Shown here piece after piece: positions 7,677-16,379 of a stretch of DNA of 43,400 bases. Source of the DNA: a virus (taxonomy: Duplodnaviria > Caudoviricetes); the IMG/VR virus record IMGVR_UViG_3300045187_000085, positions 1 to 43,400 of that record; one strand, written 5' to 3'. A model generated the notes under the pieces. The model was not told where the DNA came from, ran no database searches, and was given only the letters and a program-made list of their open reading frames with translations. The position numbers and the translations under genes were made by a program. The first letter of the stretch is position 1. Each line of letters opens with the position of its first letter.

Positions 7677-9512
7677 TCAATCAATATCGACCATGCGCAA
7701 GCCTCTTTCCGCCATGGGATTCGGCCGCTTGGTTTTCAGAGGATCGACCTGCTCGAGATAACAAGCGTGCGCCATGCACATCCCGTCAAAGCCGTCGATC
7801 TTCATGTTGCTGTGCTCGGAGACCTTCTTCGGCAGGATCAGTTCCGCCGTGTTCTGTCCGCCGATCGTGTTCTCGACATTCCAGGCCAGCACCGGGTTGC
7901 CGTTGTGGGCCAGCCCCTTTGTCTTCCCGACCGCGCGGGCCGTGATGTCCTTGCATGGCTCGGAGTAGTTCGGCGCGTTCTTGCGGAACGCCACCACCGG
8001 CTTCCCCTGCTTCGTGAGGCTGCCCATAAGGGCGTTGGCCTCGCGGTCGTCGATCGCGATGAGTTCGACCTCGGCAATGTCGCAAAGGTCAATTAAGTCC
8101 TTCTCGATCTCGACGTAGGTGTGGAACGAGCCCGGCGTGAACGTCAGAAAGCCCTGCTCGTGCCAATGCTCGTAGATGTCGCGGACCTCATCGTCCTCGC
8201 GCCATGGCCCATGCTCGGGCACATAATGCTTGGCGAAGAACGCCACCCTACCATCTGGTAGCTCGAACTCGGCCACCCAGCAGACCATGTCGTTGCGGGT
8301 GGCAAGATCGACGCCAACCCAGCACTTTTCGCCCGCGAACTGGAAAAGCTTCAGCTTCTCGTCCTTGCAGGCATCCCATTGGTCGCGGCCGATCAGCCGG
8401 CTTTCACCAAGGCCCCAGACATTGAACCGCGTCCGCAGCGTCTCGTTCTTGTTTCGCGGATTGGTGTAGATCTCCTCGACTTCCTGGAGCACCTTCCGCT
8501 TCGGTGTCGAGATGCCGAAATTCGGGTTCGCCTTGCGGATCACGCGCTCGCTGCGCCAGTTCCCGAAATCCGTCGGGTCGATCGTCCAGATCGCGGCGAA
8601 AAGCTCCGGCCGTAACCGCTTGCCTTCCAGAACCTCGATCGCGATGTTGCGCTCATCCCAGCCGACGCCGAAAGCGTTGTAGCCCGCCGACCCGATCTTG
8701 AGAAACAGGCTCTCTGGGCGAGCACCTTGCGACGACTTCATCACATTGTAGATCGCCGCCGGCAGCGAGTGGAACTCGTCCGCGACAACCACTTTGGGGT
8801 CGTGGCCGTCCTGCTTTTTCCCAGACGATGACAGGATCGTCGCGTAGCTTTCGGTCTCGGCGACGTCTATCCGCTCCGTCAGGCACCGGATGCCGTAATG
8901 CTCCTTCAGCGGCGGGTTATATTCTACCATCTTGGACATCGGCTCCAGCACCTTCTGCGCCAGCGCCGCCGTCGGAGCGATGATGTAGAGATCGTCGCCA
9001 ATGTGGGCGTTTGGACCAAGCTCGTAGAGCGAGAGACCGGCAGCGAGAAGGGATTTTCCCTGCTTGCGAGTAATCTCCAAGATTGCATCGGTGACGACGC
9101 GGTCGCCGGTATCCGACCAGCGGAAGCCGTAGATCGCGATGATGACCCAGATTTGCCAGGCTTCAAGCCGGATCGGCGTCTTCGCCAGTACGCCCTTCAC
9201 ATGGACCTGCGTCTCGATGAACGCGCACGGCTCGATGGCGTGTTCGTCGGACCAGTAGATGTCGCCGTTGCCCTTCTTGGCCTCGGCGTACATCCGCAGG
9301 AATCGCTGGGCCGCGAGGATAAGAAGGCGGCAGGCCGGGATCTTCTCGTCCGCGATCAGTTCGGCATAGGCAACGCCAATGGCGACGTAGTCGGGATACT
9401 CCTTCCCTTCGATCTTAACCGTGGCGCCGCTGTCGAGTTCGTCTCGCGAACCCGAATGCTGCGTAAGGATTGCCACCTTTCCCTTCCTGCCCGACGATCG
9501 TTTGCTCCGCAT
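7677..9512 (-). CDS. terL: Terminase large subunit (true start may be GTG at about 9476)
   Basis: Walker A ITRKQGKS, Walker B VVADEFH, nuclease GVDLATRND and KIDG motifs. Confidence 0.96.
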   Translation of the reverse strand: MRSKRSSGRKGKVAILTQHSGSRDELDSGATVKIEGKEYPDYVAIGVAYAELIADEKIPACRLLILAAQRFLRMYAEAKKGNGDIYWSDEHAIEPCAFIETQVHVKGVLAKTPIRLEAWQIWVIIAIYGFRWSDTGDRVVTDAILEITRKQGKSLLAAGLSLYELGPNAHIGDDLYIIAPTAALAQKVLEPMSKMVEYNPPLKEHYGIRCLTERIDVAETESYATILSSSGKKQDGHDPKVVVADEFHSLPAAIYNVMKSSQGARPESLFLKIGSAGYNAFGVGWDERNIAIEVLEGKRLRPELFAAIWTIDPTDFGNWRSERVIRKANPNFGISTPKRKVLQEVEEIYTNPRNKNETLRTRFNVWGLGESRLIGRDQWDACKDEKLKLFQFAGEKCWVGVDLATRNDMVCWVAEFELPDGRVAFFAKHYVPEHGPWREDDEVRDIYEHWHEQGFLTFTPGSFHTYVEIEKDLIDLCDIAEVELIAIDDREANALMGSLTKQGKPVVAFRKNAPNYSEPCKDITARAVGKTKGLAHNGNPVLAWNVENTIGGQNTAELILPKKVSEHSNMKIDGFDGMCMAHACYLEQVDPLKTKRPNPMAERGLRMVDID

Positions 9513-9810
9513 CGAGGCGTTCCAACTTCATCATGGCCGCGCGCTTCGCTTCCATCGCTTGCCGTGTCGGGCGCTTCCCCTTGCCGATGGCGTAGGCAAT
9601 GTCGTCTGTCGCGATGGCAAGCATCTCGACGTATTCGCGGGTTTTCAGCGTGAGGAGACCGGACTTGATGAGCGTCCGGCACCATTCGTCGTAGACCTTG
9701 CGGCCGGCGGCCAAGAGCGGGATGTTCGGTTCCGGCAACTCCTTGAACGAGGTCAGGAAATGGACCTCTCCGGCGCTACTCGGCGTCTGCTGCTGTTCCT
9801 TGGTCTTCAT
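9415..9810 (-). CDS. terS: Terminase small subunit (putative)
   Basis: Position between HNH and terL; size; helical with C-terminal NPYAAF. Confidence 0.7.
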   Translation of the reverse strand: MKTKEQQQTPSSAGEVHFLTSFKELPEPNIPLLAAGRKVYDEWCRTLIKSGLLTLKTREYVEMLAIATDDIAYAIGKGKRPTRQAMEAKRAAMMKLERLDAEQTIVGQEGKGGNPYAAFGFARRTRQRRHG

Positions 9811-10243
9811 CGAACAGCTCCGCCAGCGGCCCGCGCTTCAGGATGGCGAACTGCGATGGTCTTGTCTCCGGATGCCGGCACCATTGCGGGAGAAGGCTGA
9901 TCGCGCCAATCTTGCGGGCGTATCCCTCCATCTTGGCTTTCCATCCCTTGTGATGCACCCGGCAGAGCGCCTGAAGATTAGTCCATTCCAGCCGCAGATC
10001 GGGCTCGTCCTGCACGGGAACGATGTGGTCGACATCATCGGCCAGGCAGAGATAACCGCGCCGCCGGCACTCCTCGCACTGCCGCTTCACGCTCTGCATG
10101 TAGGCGTGGCGCAGCTTCTCCCAATCGGCGTCGTATCCCCTGCTCTGCCGGCTGCCGCGGTACTTTTCGCCCTTCCTGACACGTTCGCCGTCTTTGGCGC
10201 CGAGCTTCGGGGCGGTCTGGCGGCGAAAGGACGGGATAGTCAT
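9776..10243 (-). CDS. Packaging-associated HNH endonuclease (HK97 gp74-like)
   Basis: SRGYDADWEKLR, CEEC, VDHIVP, NLQALCRVHH; adjacent to terS. Confidence 0.9.
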   Translation of the reverse strand: MTIPSFRRQTAPKLGAKDGERVRKGEKYRGSRQSRGYDADWEKLRHAYMQSVKRQCEECRRRGYLCLADDVDHIVPVQDEPDLRLEWTNLQALCRVHHKGWKAKMEGYARKIGAISLLPQWCRHPETRPSQFAILKRGPLAELFDEDQGTAADAE

Positions 10244-10290
10244 TGACTACTGCCGCATCAAAGTGTTCGTTCGCTTAAAGGGGGTGGTGC

Positions 10291-10821
10291 ATGCCAAGCT
10301 TAAAAGATTTCGTCGAAGCGATGAGCACGTCGTGGCCTGTGGCGCTCGCGATCTTTCTAGGGTCTTCAGCAACACTCATCGGCGAGGCGTATGGGATTGA
10401 ATATCTCGCCACACTTCCAAACTGGCTTCTGGGGACCGCCTTTCTTCTTGCAGTGTTCTCTGGCGCCGTACTCGCAGTGTCCCTGCTCAGGTCGGTCCTT
10501 AGCCAAATTGCGCGCCCGTTCCGAATTAGACGCATACGGAAATGGAAGGCGCAACATATCGAGAAACTTCAGCGTATGCCGACTCAAGAAATCCACGTTC
10601 TGGCATGGGTGGCCGCTCAGAACACTCAGGTCTTCCTAGCACCGCTCAACGACGCAGCCCTCGAACCCTTGATTGCCAAGGGATATGTGGAGATCGTACC
10701 TGGCCACCATTCAGTCCTCGATTGGCCCCACCGAATACCCGATCATGTCTGGGACTTCATGATCAATGAGGTGGCTGGTTGGCCTAACAAAGATCAGATA
10801 GTTCGACCCTTCCGCTATTAG
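10291..10821 (+). CDS. Superinfection exclusion B (SieB)-like membrane protein, moron
   Basis: Two N-terminal TM segments, then KLQRMPTQEIHVLAW...LEPLIAKGYV pattern; antisense to late operon, lower GC. Confidence 0.65.
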   Translation: MPSLKDFVEAMSTSWPVALAIFLGSSATLIGEAYGIEYLATLPNWLLGTAFLLAVFSGAVLAVSLLRSVLSQIARPFRIRRIRKWKAQHIEKLQRMPTQEIHVLAWVAAQNTQVFLAPLNDAALEPLIAKGYVEIVPGHHSVLDWPHRIPDHVWDFMINEVAGWPNKDQIVRPFRY

Positions 10822-11090
10822 ATAGTCAACTGCCCGAAAATCTCCTCGCCGAGCCCGCGCTTTACGGCAACCGCCTCAGCATCCTTCAGCGACGCCGCGA
10901 TGATATTCCCGCCGAGCGTCTTGCCGCCGGCCTTGAACTTCGTCCCGAACACCACTCCGCGCTCGGCCAGCAGTTTCACCTGCACAGGCGTCATGCCGTC
11001 GATCTCGTCGATGACGATGCCGTTCTCAGCCTTGGCGGAGCGAAATCGGAACATCTGAAAATCTCCGGCGCCGCCGCTTGCCCCAGCCAC
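10818..11090 (-). CDS. Hypothetical protein (start uncertain)
   Basis: ORF with phage-like codon usage downstream of the putative late promoter. Confidence 0.6.
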   Translation of the reverse strand: MAGASGGAGDFQMFRFRSAKAENGIVIDEIDGMTPVQVKLLAERGVVFGTKFKAGGKTLGGNIIAASLKDAEAVAVKRGLGEEIFGQLTI

Positions 11091-11241
11091 AATGAACCGC
11101 CGAAGCGGCCGCCCCGCGCTGAAGCGGTTCCTAGCCGTGAGCGAACAGCCTTTGGTGCCCTGTCAGCCGGTATCGCAGGGAGGAGAACGCGGGACGATGT
11201 GGATTGTTGGGGTCCGGGCGCGCAAGCCCATCACGCCGCAG

Positions 11242-11269
11242 AGGATGCGCAGAAAATCCTGATTGTCAA
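11242..11269 (-). promoter_or_regulatory. Putative sigma70-type promoter reading toward packaging/head genes
   Basis: TTGACA-16nt-CATCCT on minus strand. Confidence 0.45.
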
Positions 11270-11464
11270 CTGAGATTGATGGATGCCGCCGAAGTCATCA
11301 GCATCAATGATTGTTAAGTATTTGATTTATTTTATACATTTATCGTTCACAGTCGCTATGAACGATACTGAGAATACTTTCAGGCAATGTGAACGATCAC
11401 TGCCTCTTGCAACGCTTCAGAATCAGGGGCCATACATCGAACGGGGAAATACCGGGAGGGCGCC

Positions 11465-12688
11465 ATGGCAAACGAGCCAATCATCGACGTGGATCTGGGG
11501 CAGCACAACGGAACGTTGAAATTCTTTTCAACCCAAGAAATCCACGATTTCACACAAAATGAGCAGAATTTTTGGTCTTGGCTTAATTCAAGCCCTGTAA
11601 ATCGACAAATCAAGCAGCCCTGGAATGTTATCTCTCAACATATTTCGCAGATCCAAAACCAACTTCCCGGCTTTGGGGATGGATCCGATGAGGGTAATCG
11701 CGGGTTGATGCAAGACCATCTCCGTCGAGCCTTCCAGAACACGAGGATACCATTGTCTACGTCGCCGGTCGGCGAATTTGTATCGCAATTAAAGGACGAG
11801 TCCCCAACGGTAGCTGCCGCCGCACTCGCTTCATGGATGAACACCGGCGGCCTCGACATTGGTAACTTCGAACACACCAAGGGCGTCATGCTAATGGCGG
11901 CGTTCGATGCAGGGATCAGCAGAAAGACGCCCGCCGCGGTGAAGCGATCGCTGGAAGGGATCCAGAAGCAACTCCAGACAGCGAAGGCGAAGACAGAGAA
12001 GGAAACCAGAGATCAGCGCGACGTCTTCAAGAATGAATTGACCCGCCAGCGGAAATCCGTTGCCAGATCCCTTCGACAAGGGAGACGATTGCTGACTGCC
12101 TTCCGGTCTTCCAAGGATGCACAAGTCAACCAGTCCCTTTCACACCTCGGCGAGCAGGCGATGGCATCGATTGCCAGCATCCAGGAAACCGAGAATCTGT
12201 ATCGCGAGCACATGCGACTGAAAGGGCCGGTTGAGTATTGGTCGCAGAAGGCCGAGGCTCACCGCACGAAAACACTAACCTACCGCAATTTCTTGGTAGG
12301 TTTCTCAGTATTGGCGAGCCTTGCCCTCGTGGGGAGTCTCTATTGGATCGCAGGCCATGCAATCGAGATTGCGACGACTGACAAGCCGCCAGCAGTCTAC
12401 CTAGTCCTCGTCACGCTGGGCGTGGTGCTCACCACAATCGTTTTCTGGGCCGCACGCATCCTGACGCGTTTGTTCCTGAGCGAACACCATCTCGCAATCG
12501 ATGCTGAGGAACGGTCGATAATGGCCCAGACATACCTAGCGCTCACGGCGGAAGGTCAGGCAACAGAGCAGGAACGGGCCATCGTTCTCGGGTCGCTCTT
12601 CCGCCCGACGGCGGACGGGATTGTGAAGGATGACGCGGCACCGGATTTATCGCCGGCCGCCCTGCTGTCACGGCTTGGAGCGCGATAG
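11465..12688 (+). CDS. DUF6161-like coiled-coil and two-TM membrane protein, moron
   Basis: C-terminal HLAIDAEERSIMAQTYLAL...ERAIVLGSLFRPTADGIVKDD; AT-rich upstream region; lower GC. Confidence 0.7.
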   Translation: MANEPIIDVDLGQHNGTLKFFSTQEIHDFTQNEQNFWSWLNSSPVNRQIKQPWNVISQHISQIQNQLPGFGDGSDEGNRGLMQDHLRRAFQNTRIPLSTSPVGEFVSQLKDESPTVAAAALASWMNTGGLDIGNFEHTKGVMLMAAFDAGISRKTPAAVKRSLEGIQKQLQTAKAKTEKETRDQRDVFKNELTRQRKSVARSLRQGRRLLTAFRSSKDAQVNQSLSHLGEQAMASIASIQETENLYREHMRLKGPVEYWSQKAEAHRTKTLTYRNFLVGFSVLASLALVGSLYWIAGHAIEIATTDKPPAVYLVLVTLGVVLTTIVFWAARILTRLFLSEHHLAIDAEERSIMAQTYLALTAEGQATEQERAIVLGSLFRPTADGIVKDDAAPDLSPAALLSRLGAR

Positions 12689-12940
12689 ATATCGCCCCTT
12701 CTCTTCGACCAGCGCGCCGAACTCAGCAAAGGACATTCCCGAGAAGGCGAGGACCATCGCTATCCGCTCCGTAGAGGGCCAGCGGCAGCGCCCATCCTTG
12801 ACTCGCTTCGAGGGGTTGAACGCGGTCGAGTCGCCACCGCTCAGGATCGACAGGCGCGATGTTGAAACGCCCTGCCGAGCCGCGATCTCGTCTATCGCCG
12901 CCCAGATTGCGGCGTGGTTCCGTTGTAGATCGTCGTTCAT
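12668..12940 (-). CDS. Stand-alone HTH regulator resembling the N-terminal domain of alphaproteobacterial HTH-S24 repressors
   Basis: IWAAIDEIAARQGVSTSRLS...TAFNPSKR...RWPSTERIA; ATGA-coupled start at 12940. Confidence 0.75.
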   Translation of the reverse strand: MNDDLQRNHAAIWAAIDEIAARQGVSTSRLSILSGGDSTAFNPSKRVKDGRCRWPSTERIAMVLAFSGMSFAEFGALVEEKGRYLSRSKP

Positions 12941-13626
12941 CGCCCCTCCCCGATCTGGTCGATATTGCCCAAGATCGGACGGAAGGTATAGGCGGCGACC
13001 CACGGGTTTGCCTCCCAGCCATGGCCGCGCGCCGCATTGAGGCTGTCCCACAGCGCTTCAAATTCGGATAGTGCTGTTCTCGTGTCGTCGCACGCAGTGC
13101 CGGCTGAGCCGGTCCAAGGCTGCACTGCTCCTTCGGCCAGCGCATCCGCCTCGCTGATTTCCCGCAACCGCTGTACGCGGACATCGGTGACGATCAGGGT
13201 GATGCGGCTTGCCCAGCGGGGCAGGAACATCGCCGGGCGGAGTTTGCCCTTCAGGCCGATCTCGGCATAGCTCCGGGCGGTGGCGGCATGTTCGATATCT
13301 GCATCGCGCGGGATGTCTCTCGGCGGCGTCCTATCGAGGCTGCGGGCCGCATGCCATGCCTCGCGGACATAGAGGCGGTCGCCGACGGCATACGGTGCTT
13401 TCCAATCGCCGGTCGCGAACTGATAGGCCGGCCTGTCGGTGTGGACCACCCATACCCAGCCACGCCCCCCACGTTTCTCGACGCGGACAGGCTCATGATG
13501 CTGCGCAAGTTTCGGTTGCGGATTGATGACCCGCCGCGTCTGCGTCTTGCCGGTGCCGGGCTGCTCGATCTCGCGCAGGATAGCGCGGACCATTGGGGCG
13601 GAGAAAAGGATGGGAAGATCACGCAT
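12937..13626 (-). CDS. Conserved phage protein (ASCH-like family)
   Basis: PILFSAPMVRAIL..KTQTRR, GDRLYVREAW, PRWASRITL..VRVQRL..ISEADALAEG, NPWV. Confidence 0.8.
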   Translation of the reverse strand: MRDLPILFSAPMVRAILREIEQPGTGKTQTRRVINPQPKLAQHHEPVRVEKRGGRGWVWVVHTDRPAYQFATGDWKAPYAVGDRLYVREAWHAARSLDRTPPRDIPRDADIEHAATARSYAEIGLKGKLRPAMFLPRWASRITLIVTDVRVQRLREISEADALAEGAVQPWTGSAGTACDDTRTALSEFEALWDSLNAARGHGWEANPWVAAYTFRPILGNIDQIGEGR

Positions 13627-13840
13627 TGCCCGCCACCTCCCCGATTTCGTCGTCATCATCGTCACCGTCATCAACGTCGTAATGATCGTCGATGAAATCC
13701 GCGAGTTGCAGCGCGCCTCCGGCCGGGACCGGGCAGATGCATATCAGCAGGCCGTTCAGATCGAACGCTCGCAGCCAGAGCGTGCCCTGCGTGTCGACCG
13801 TGTAGGCGATGGCGCCGGCTACCAGTGGTGTGCGGATCAT
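13619..13840 (-). CDS. Hypothetical protein with acidic C-terminus
   Basis: ATGA-coupled start at 13840; MIRTPLVAG...DDDDDEIGEVAGNA. Confidence 0.6.
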   Translation of the reverse strand: MIRTPLVAGAIAYTVDTQGTLWLRAFDLNGLLICICPVPAGGALQLADFIDDHYDVDDGDDDDDEIGEVAGNA

Positions 13841-13977
13841 GCCGGCTCCTTCAGGACTTTGATCTTGCTGATGATGCCCGTGCGGCGCTCCTTGGCGATC
13901 TCGCGCGCCTGGGCCGGTGTCTCGGCATCGACGTCGAGCGTGGTGCCATCGGTGTAGTGCAGTCTGAATTGCGTCAA
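13837..13977 (-). CDS. Small hypothetical protein (46 aa)
   Basis: Not in ORF track; TTG start and stop both overlap neighbours; MTQFRLHYTDGTTLDVDAETPAQAREIAKERR. Confidence 0.6.
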   Translation of the reverse strand: MTQFRLHYTDGTTLDVDAETPAQAREIAKERRTGIISKIKVLKEPA

Positions 13978-14420
13978 AGCAGGTCCTCCAGATCAAGCTG
14001 GCCTCCGCGGTTTCTGCGCGTGCGAGCAGCGTTTCGTGCGTGATGTTTGGCGTCGAGGCGCAGGTGATGGCGCTGGCAGAGGTGCGCCAGGTTGCTATCC
14101 TCGTTGCGGGTTTCGTCGTGATCGAGGTGCGCGACGGTGAGAACAATCTTCAGCACCTTCTGCGCGCCGAACTCCGACGTGCAGCGCATCTGCCCCATGC
14201 GAAGCCCTGTTTCAGCATCAAATACCTCACAGGTCTCCAGCACCATGTATGCGTCTCGGCCGCGATAGGTGCCGCGGGCGATCATCGTCATATGCGGGGC
14301 GCCGCAGGTCTCGCATTTCCAGCCCGAGCGCTCGCCGATCCTCTTGCGGATCGCGCGCCACTCCGGCGATTTGATCGAGCCGCCGGGATAGAGGTGCTGA
14401 CGTTCGGGCCGGATCGGCAC
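13974..14420 (-). CDS. HNH-fold phage protein
   Basis: CETCG, LTVAHLDHD..N...NLAHLCQRHHLRLD. Confidence 0.8.
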   Translation of the reverse strand: MPIRPERQHLYPGGSIKSPEWRAIRKRIGERSGWKCETCGAPHMTMIARGTYRGRDAYMVLETCEVFDAETGLRMGQMRCTSEFGAQKVLKIVLTVAHLDHDETRNEDSNLAHLCQRHHLRLDAKHHARNAARTRRNRGGQLDLEDLL

Positions 14421-14587
14421 TACGTCCTCGCCGCAAAACCAGTGAGCCGTCCGAGCGCCCGCAGGATGTTGCAGGTCTGGGCTTCGTCGAACGTCGTGAA
14501 CACCGAACCTTCGCCGCTTCTGATGACTGCTCGTCCTTTGATGATCTCGCCTGTGAGGCGGCTGTGAAGTTCAGACTGGTCAGCCAT
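14420..14587 (-). CDS. Small hypothetical protein (55 aa)
   Basis: Not in ORF track; fills the gap with 1-nt overlaps at both ends; [18 protein letters not shown]. Confidence 0.55.
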   Translation of the reverse strand: MADQSELHSRLTGEIIKGRAVIRSGEGSVFTTFDEAQTCNILRALGRLTGFAART

Positions 14588-14967
14588 CACGCCTCCTCGT
14601 CGCTGCCGACCTTGCCGTCGAGCGGCGCGGGCGGAGGTTCGACAGGATCAGGATCGGCGGCCTTCTGGACGAGGACCGTCACCTCTTTCGCCGGCCAGAT
14701 CAGGTATGTTCCATCGTCGGCCTTCACCCAGAGCTTGTCGGCGTCGCTGGCGATAACTTTGGCTTCAGCGCCGTTCGTCCAGCGGACACGCTCGCCGACG
14801 TCGATCCGTGGCGCGATGAGCGTGACGTGCTCAAGCTTCACCCAGAGCGCGGAGTGGTGGCCTTCGACATCGACAAACACGCGGCCGCTGTCTTCATCAG
14901 GCCGGCAGTCGTGGCGGACCTTGCCGGTCAGGCCGACGACATCGCCGGTGCGGAGGAGCGCGGTCAT
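14587..14967 (-). CDS. Hypothetical protein (tandem SH3/KOW-like segments)
   Basis: Coupled in operon; [10 protein letters not shown] and VGERVRW segments. Confidence 0.65.
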   Translation of the reverse strand: MTALLRTGDVVGLTGKVRHDCRPDEDSGRVFVDVEGHHSALWVKLEHVTLIAPRIDVGERVRWTNGAEAKVIASDADKLWVKADDGTYLIWPAKEVTVLVQKAADPDPVEPPPAPLDGKVGSDEEA

Positions 14968-15209
14968 GACACCCTCCCGCGCACGATCTTGATGGCGTCG
15001 CCGACGGTGATCGCTGCGTCGGCCTCATCGTCGGGAATCTCGATCCCGAACTCCTCCTCCAGCGCCATGACAACGCAGACGGTATCGAGGCTGTCCGCAT
15101 CGAGGTCGTCGATGATGGACGCGGTGTCGACTACCTTGTCGGGCTCCACGCAGAGCGTGTCGGCGATACGGGACCGAACCCGCTTCGCGATATCGTCCTT
15201 CTCAGTCAT
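14964..15209 (-). CDS. acpP: Acyl carrier protein
   Basis: [28 protein letters not shown]...TVGDAI with the phosphopantetheine DSL serine; GGAG before ATG 15209. Confidence 0.9.
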   Translation of the reverse strand: MTEKDDIAKRVRSRIADTLCVEPDKVVDTASIIDDLDADSLDTVCVVMALEEEFGIEIPDDEADAAITVGDAIKIVRGRVS

Positions 15210-15369
15210 TTCAGGCTTCTCCATTGGGGTTGAGGGTTAGGCGGCGCGACTTTTCATGCATCGCAATCCATGCGGTCTTGAAACTGCCGGCGGGCGACAT
15301 CAGATCAAAGCAAGCCGCAGTGAACTGGCGGCTTAACCGTTGGAATCGTTTGTCAAACGAGAGGGAGCT

Positions 15370-15669
15370 ATGAATACCGGAGACTTCGCGAAGCCCGTCT
15401 ACCTGAAGGACGGAAAGTACCTGATCCGCGAGATTTCCAATGTCATCGACGCGATCGAGTTCCTTGAGGAATGGCCCGAAAAGAGCCGGGACGTCCTCCA
15501 CGAGGCGGCGCTTCGAACCTGCATCATGGCCCATGACGGCCTGAAGCCGATCAAGGTCGCGCGAGACGCCATCCGGGCTTTCGGTAAGAAGAAGGGCATC
15601 CTTGAGAAGGAACCTGCGGTGAAGCCGTGGATGATCAAGCCCACGTCTGGCGGCCAAGCTACAGCGTAG
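15370..15669 (+). CDS. DUF982 family protein (moron)
   Basis: FAKPVYL..REISNVIDAIEFLEEWP...AALRTC...ARDAIRAF; RBS gagggag. Confidence 0.8.
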   Translation: MNTGDFAKPVYLKDGKYLIREISNVIDAIEFLEEWPEKSRDVLHEAALRTCIMAHDGLKPIKVARDAIRAFGKKKGILEKEPAVKPWMIKPTSGGQATA

Positions 15670-15695
15670 TGTTTTGACGGCGCTGGGGTGGTCGA

Positions 15696-16379
15696 TCATG
15701 CGGCCATCTCCAGCGCATATCCGCCCCATTGCTCGGCGGCCGCAGCCATCATGCCGGGGAAGGATCGACTGCGAAGACGCGCTCGCTCAGGACCGGGCGT
15801 CATTCGGTGAACCCGGTTCCACCGCTTCCACTCGTCGCCGCCGCGCTCCGGCTCCGAAAGCAGATTGGTCGCAACCAGCGGACGAAGCCCGCGCAAGTAC
15901 CAGCCCGTCGCTTTGTATTCGGGATGGCCGAACCAGAACGGCTGCACCATTTGGGGCTTAGGAAGATCGGCCGGCATCCGTGCCCGCGCCAGATCGTTCA
16001 TCTCCGGGTTTTCGATGGCGACACGCTCGATCGGCGCTTTCCAGCAAGCTGTGAAGATCGAGACGCCTTCCTCAAACTCGGCCTTCATGCTTTCCCATGT
16101 GCGCCCGGCCGGAAGCTTCTTCGGAGGCGTCCAGTTGCCCGGCCCGCTCATCCAGCGCCGGCCAGACCTGCAAAGGCGTGTGCAAGGCGGGTGAAGCACT
16201 GCGAGCAGATCCCAGCCGTCGTTCAGGATGCCGTCGCGGACGTCGCAGATGATGTGCCGGTTGCTGCCATCCTCGGCCGGGAGAATGTCGCAGGACCAGA
16301 CGTCGTGGCCGAGATCGGCGAAGGCGCGGCGCGCGATGCCGGATGTTTCGCAGGCGATGAGAACTCGGAGGGCGCTCAT
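15696..16379 (-). CDS. C5-cytosine DNA methyltransferase-like protein (short phage type)
   Basis: VLIACETSG, HPPC catalytic motif, IENP, QPFWFGH..KATG, RSRSFPG..AEQWG. Confidence 0.8.
   Translation of the reverse strand: MSALRVLIACETSGIARRAFADLGHDVWSCDILPAEDGSNRHIICDVRDGILNDGWDLLAVLHPPCTRLCRSGRRWMSGPGNWTPPKKLPAGRTWESMKAEFEEGVSIFTACWKAPIERVAIENPEMNDLARARMPADLPKPQMVQPFWFGHPEYKATGWYLRGLRPLVATNLLSEPERGGDEWKRWNRVHRMTPGPERARLRSRSFPGMMAAAAEQWGGYALEMAA

Noticed and set aside
7677-9512. Intron or intein in terL associated with the neighbouring HNH
   Set aside because: terL is uninterrupted and of normal length; the HNH lies after its stop codon
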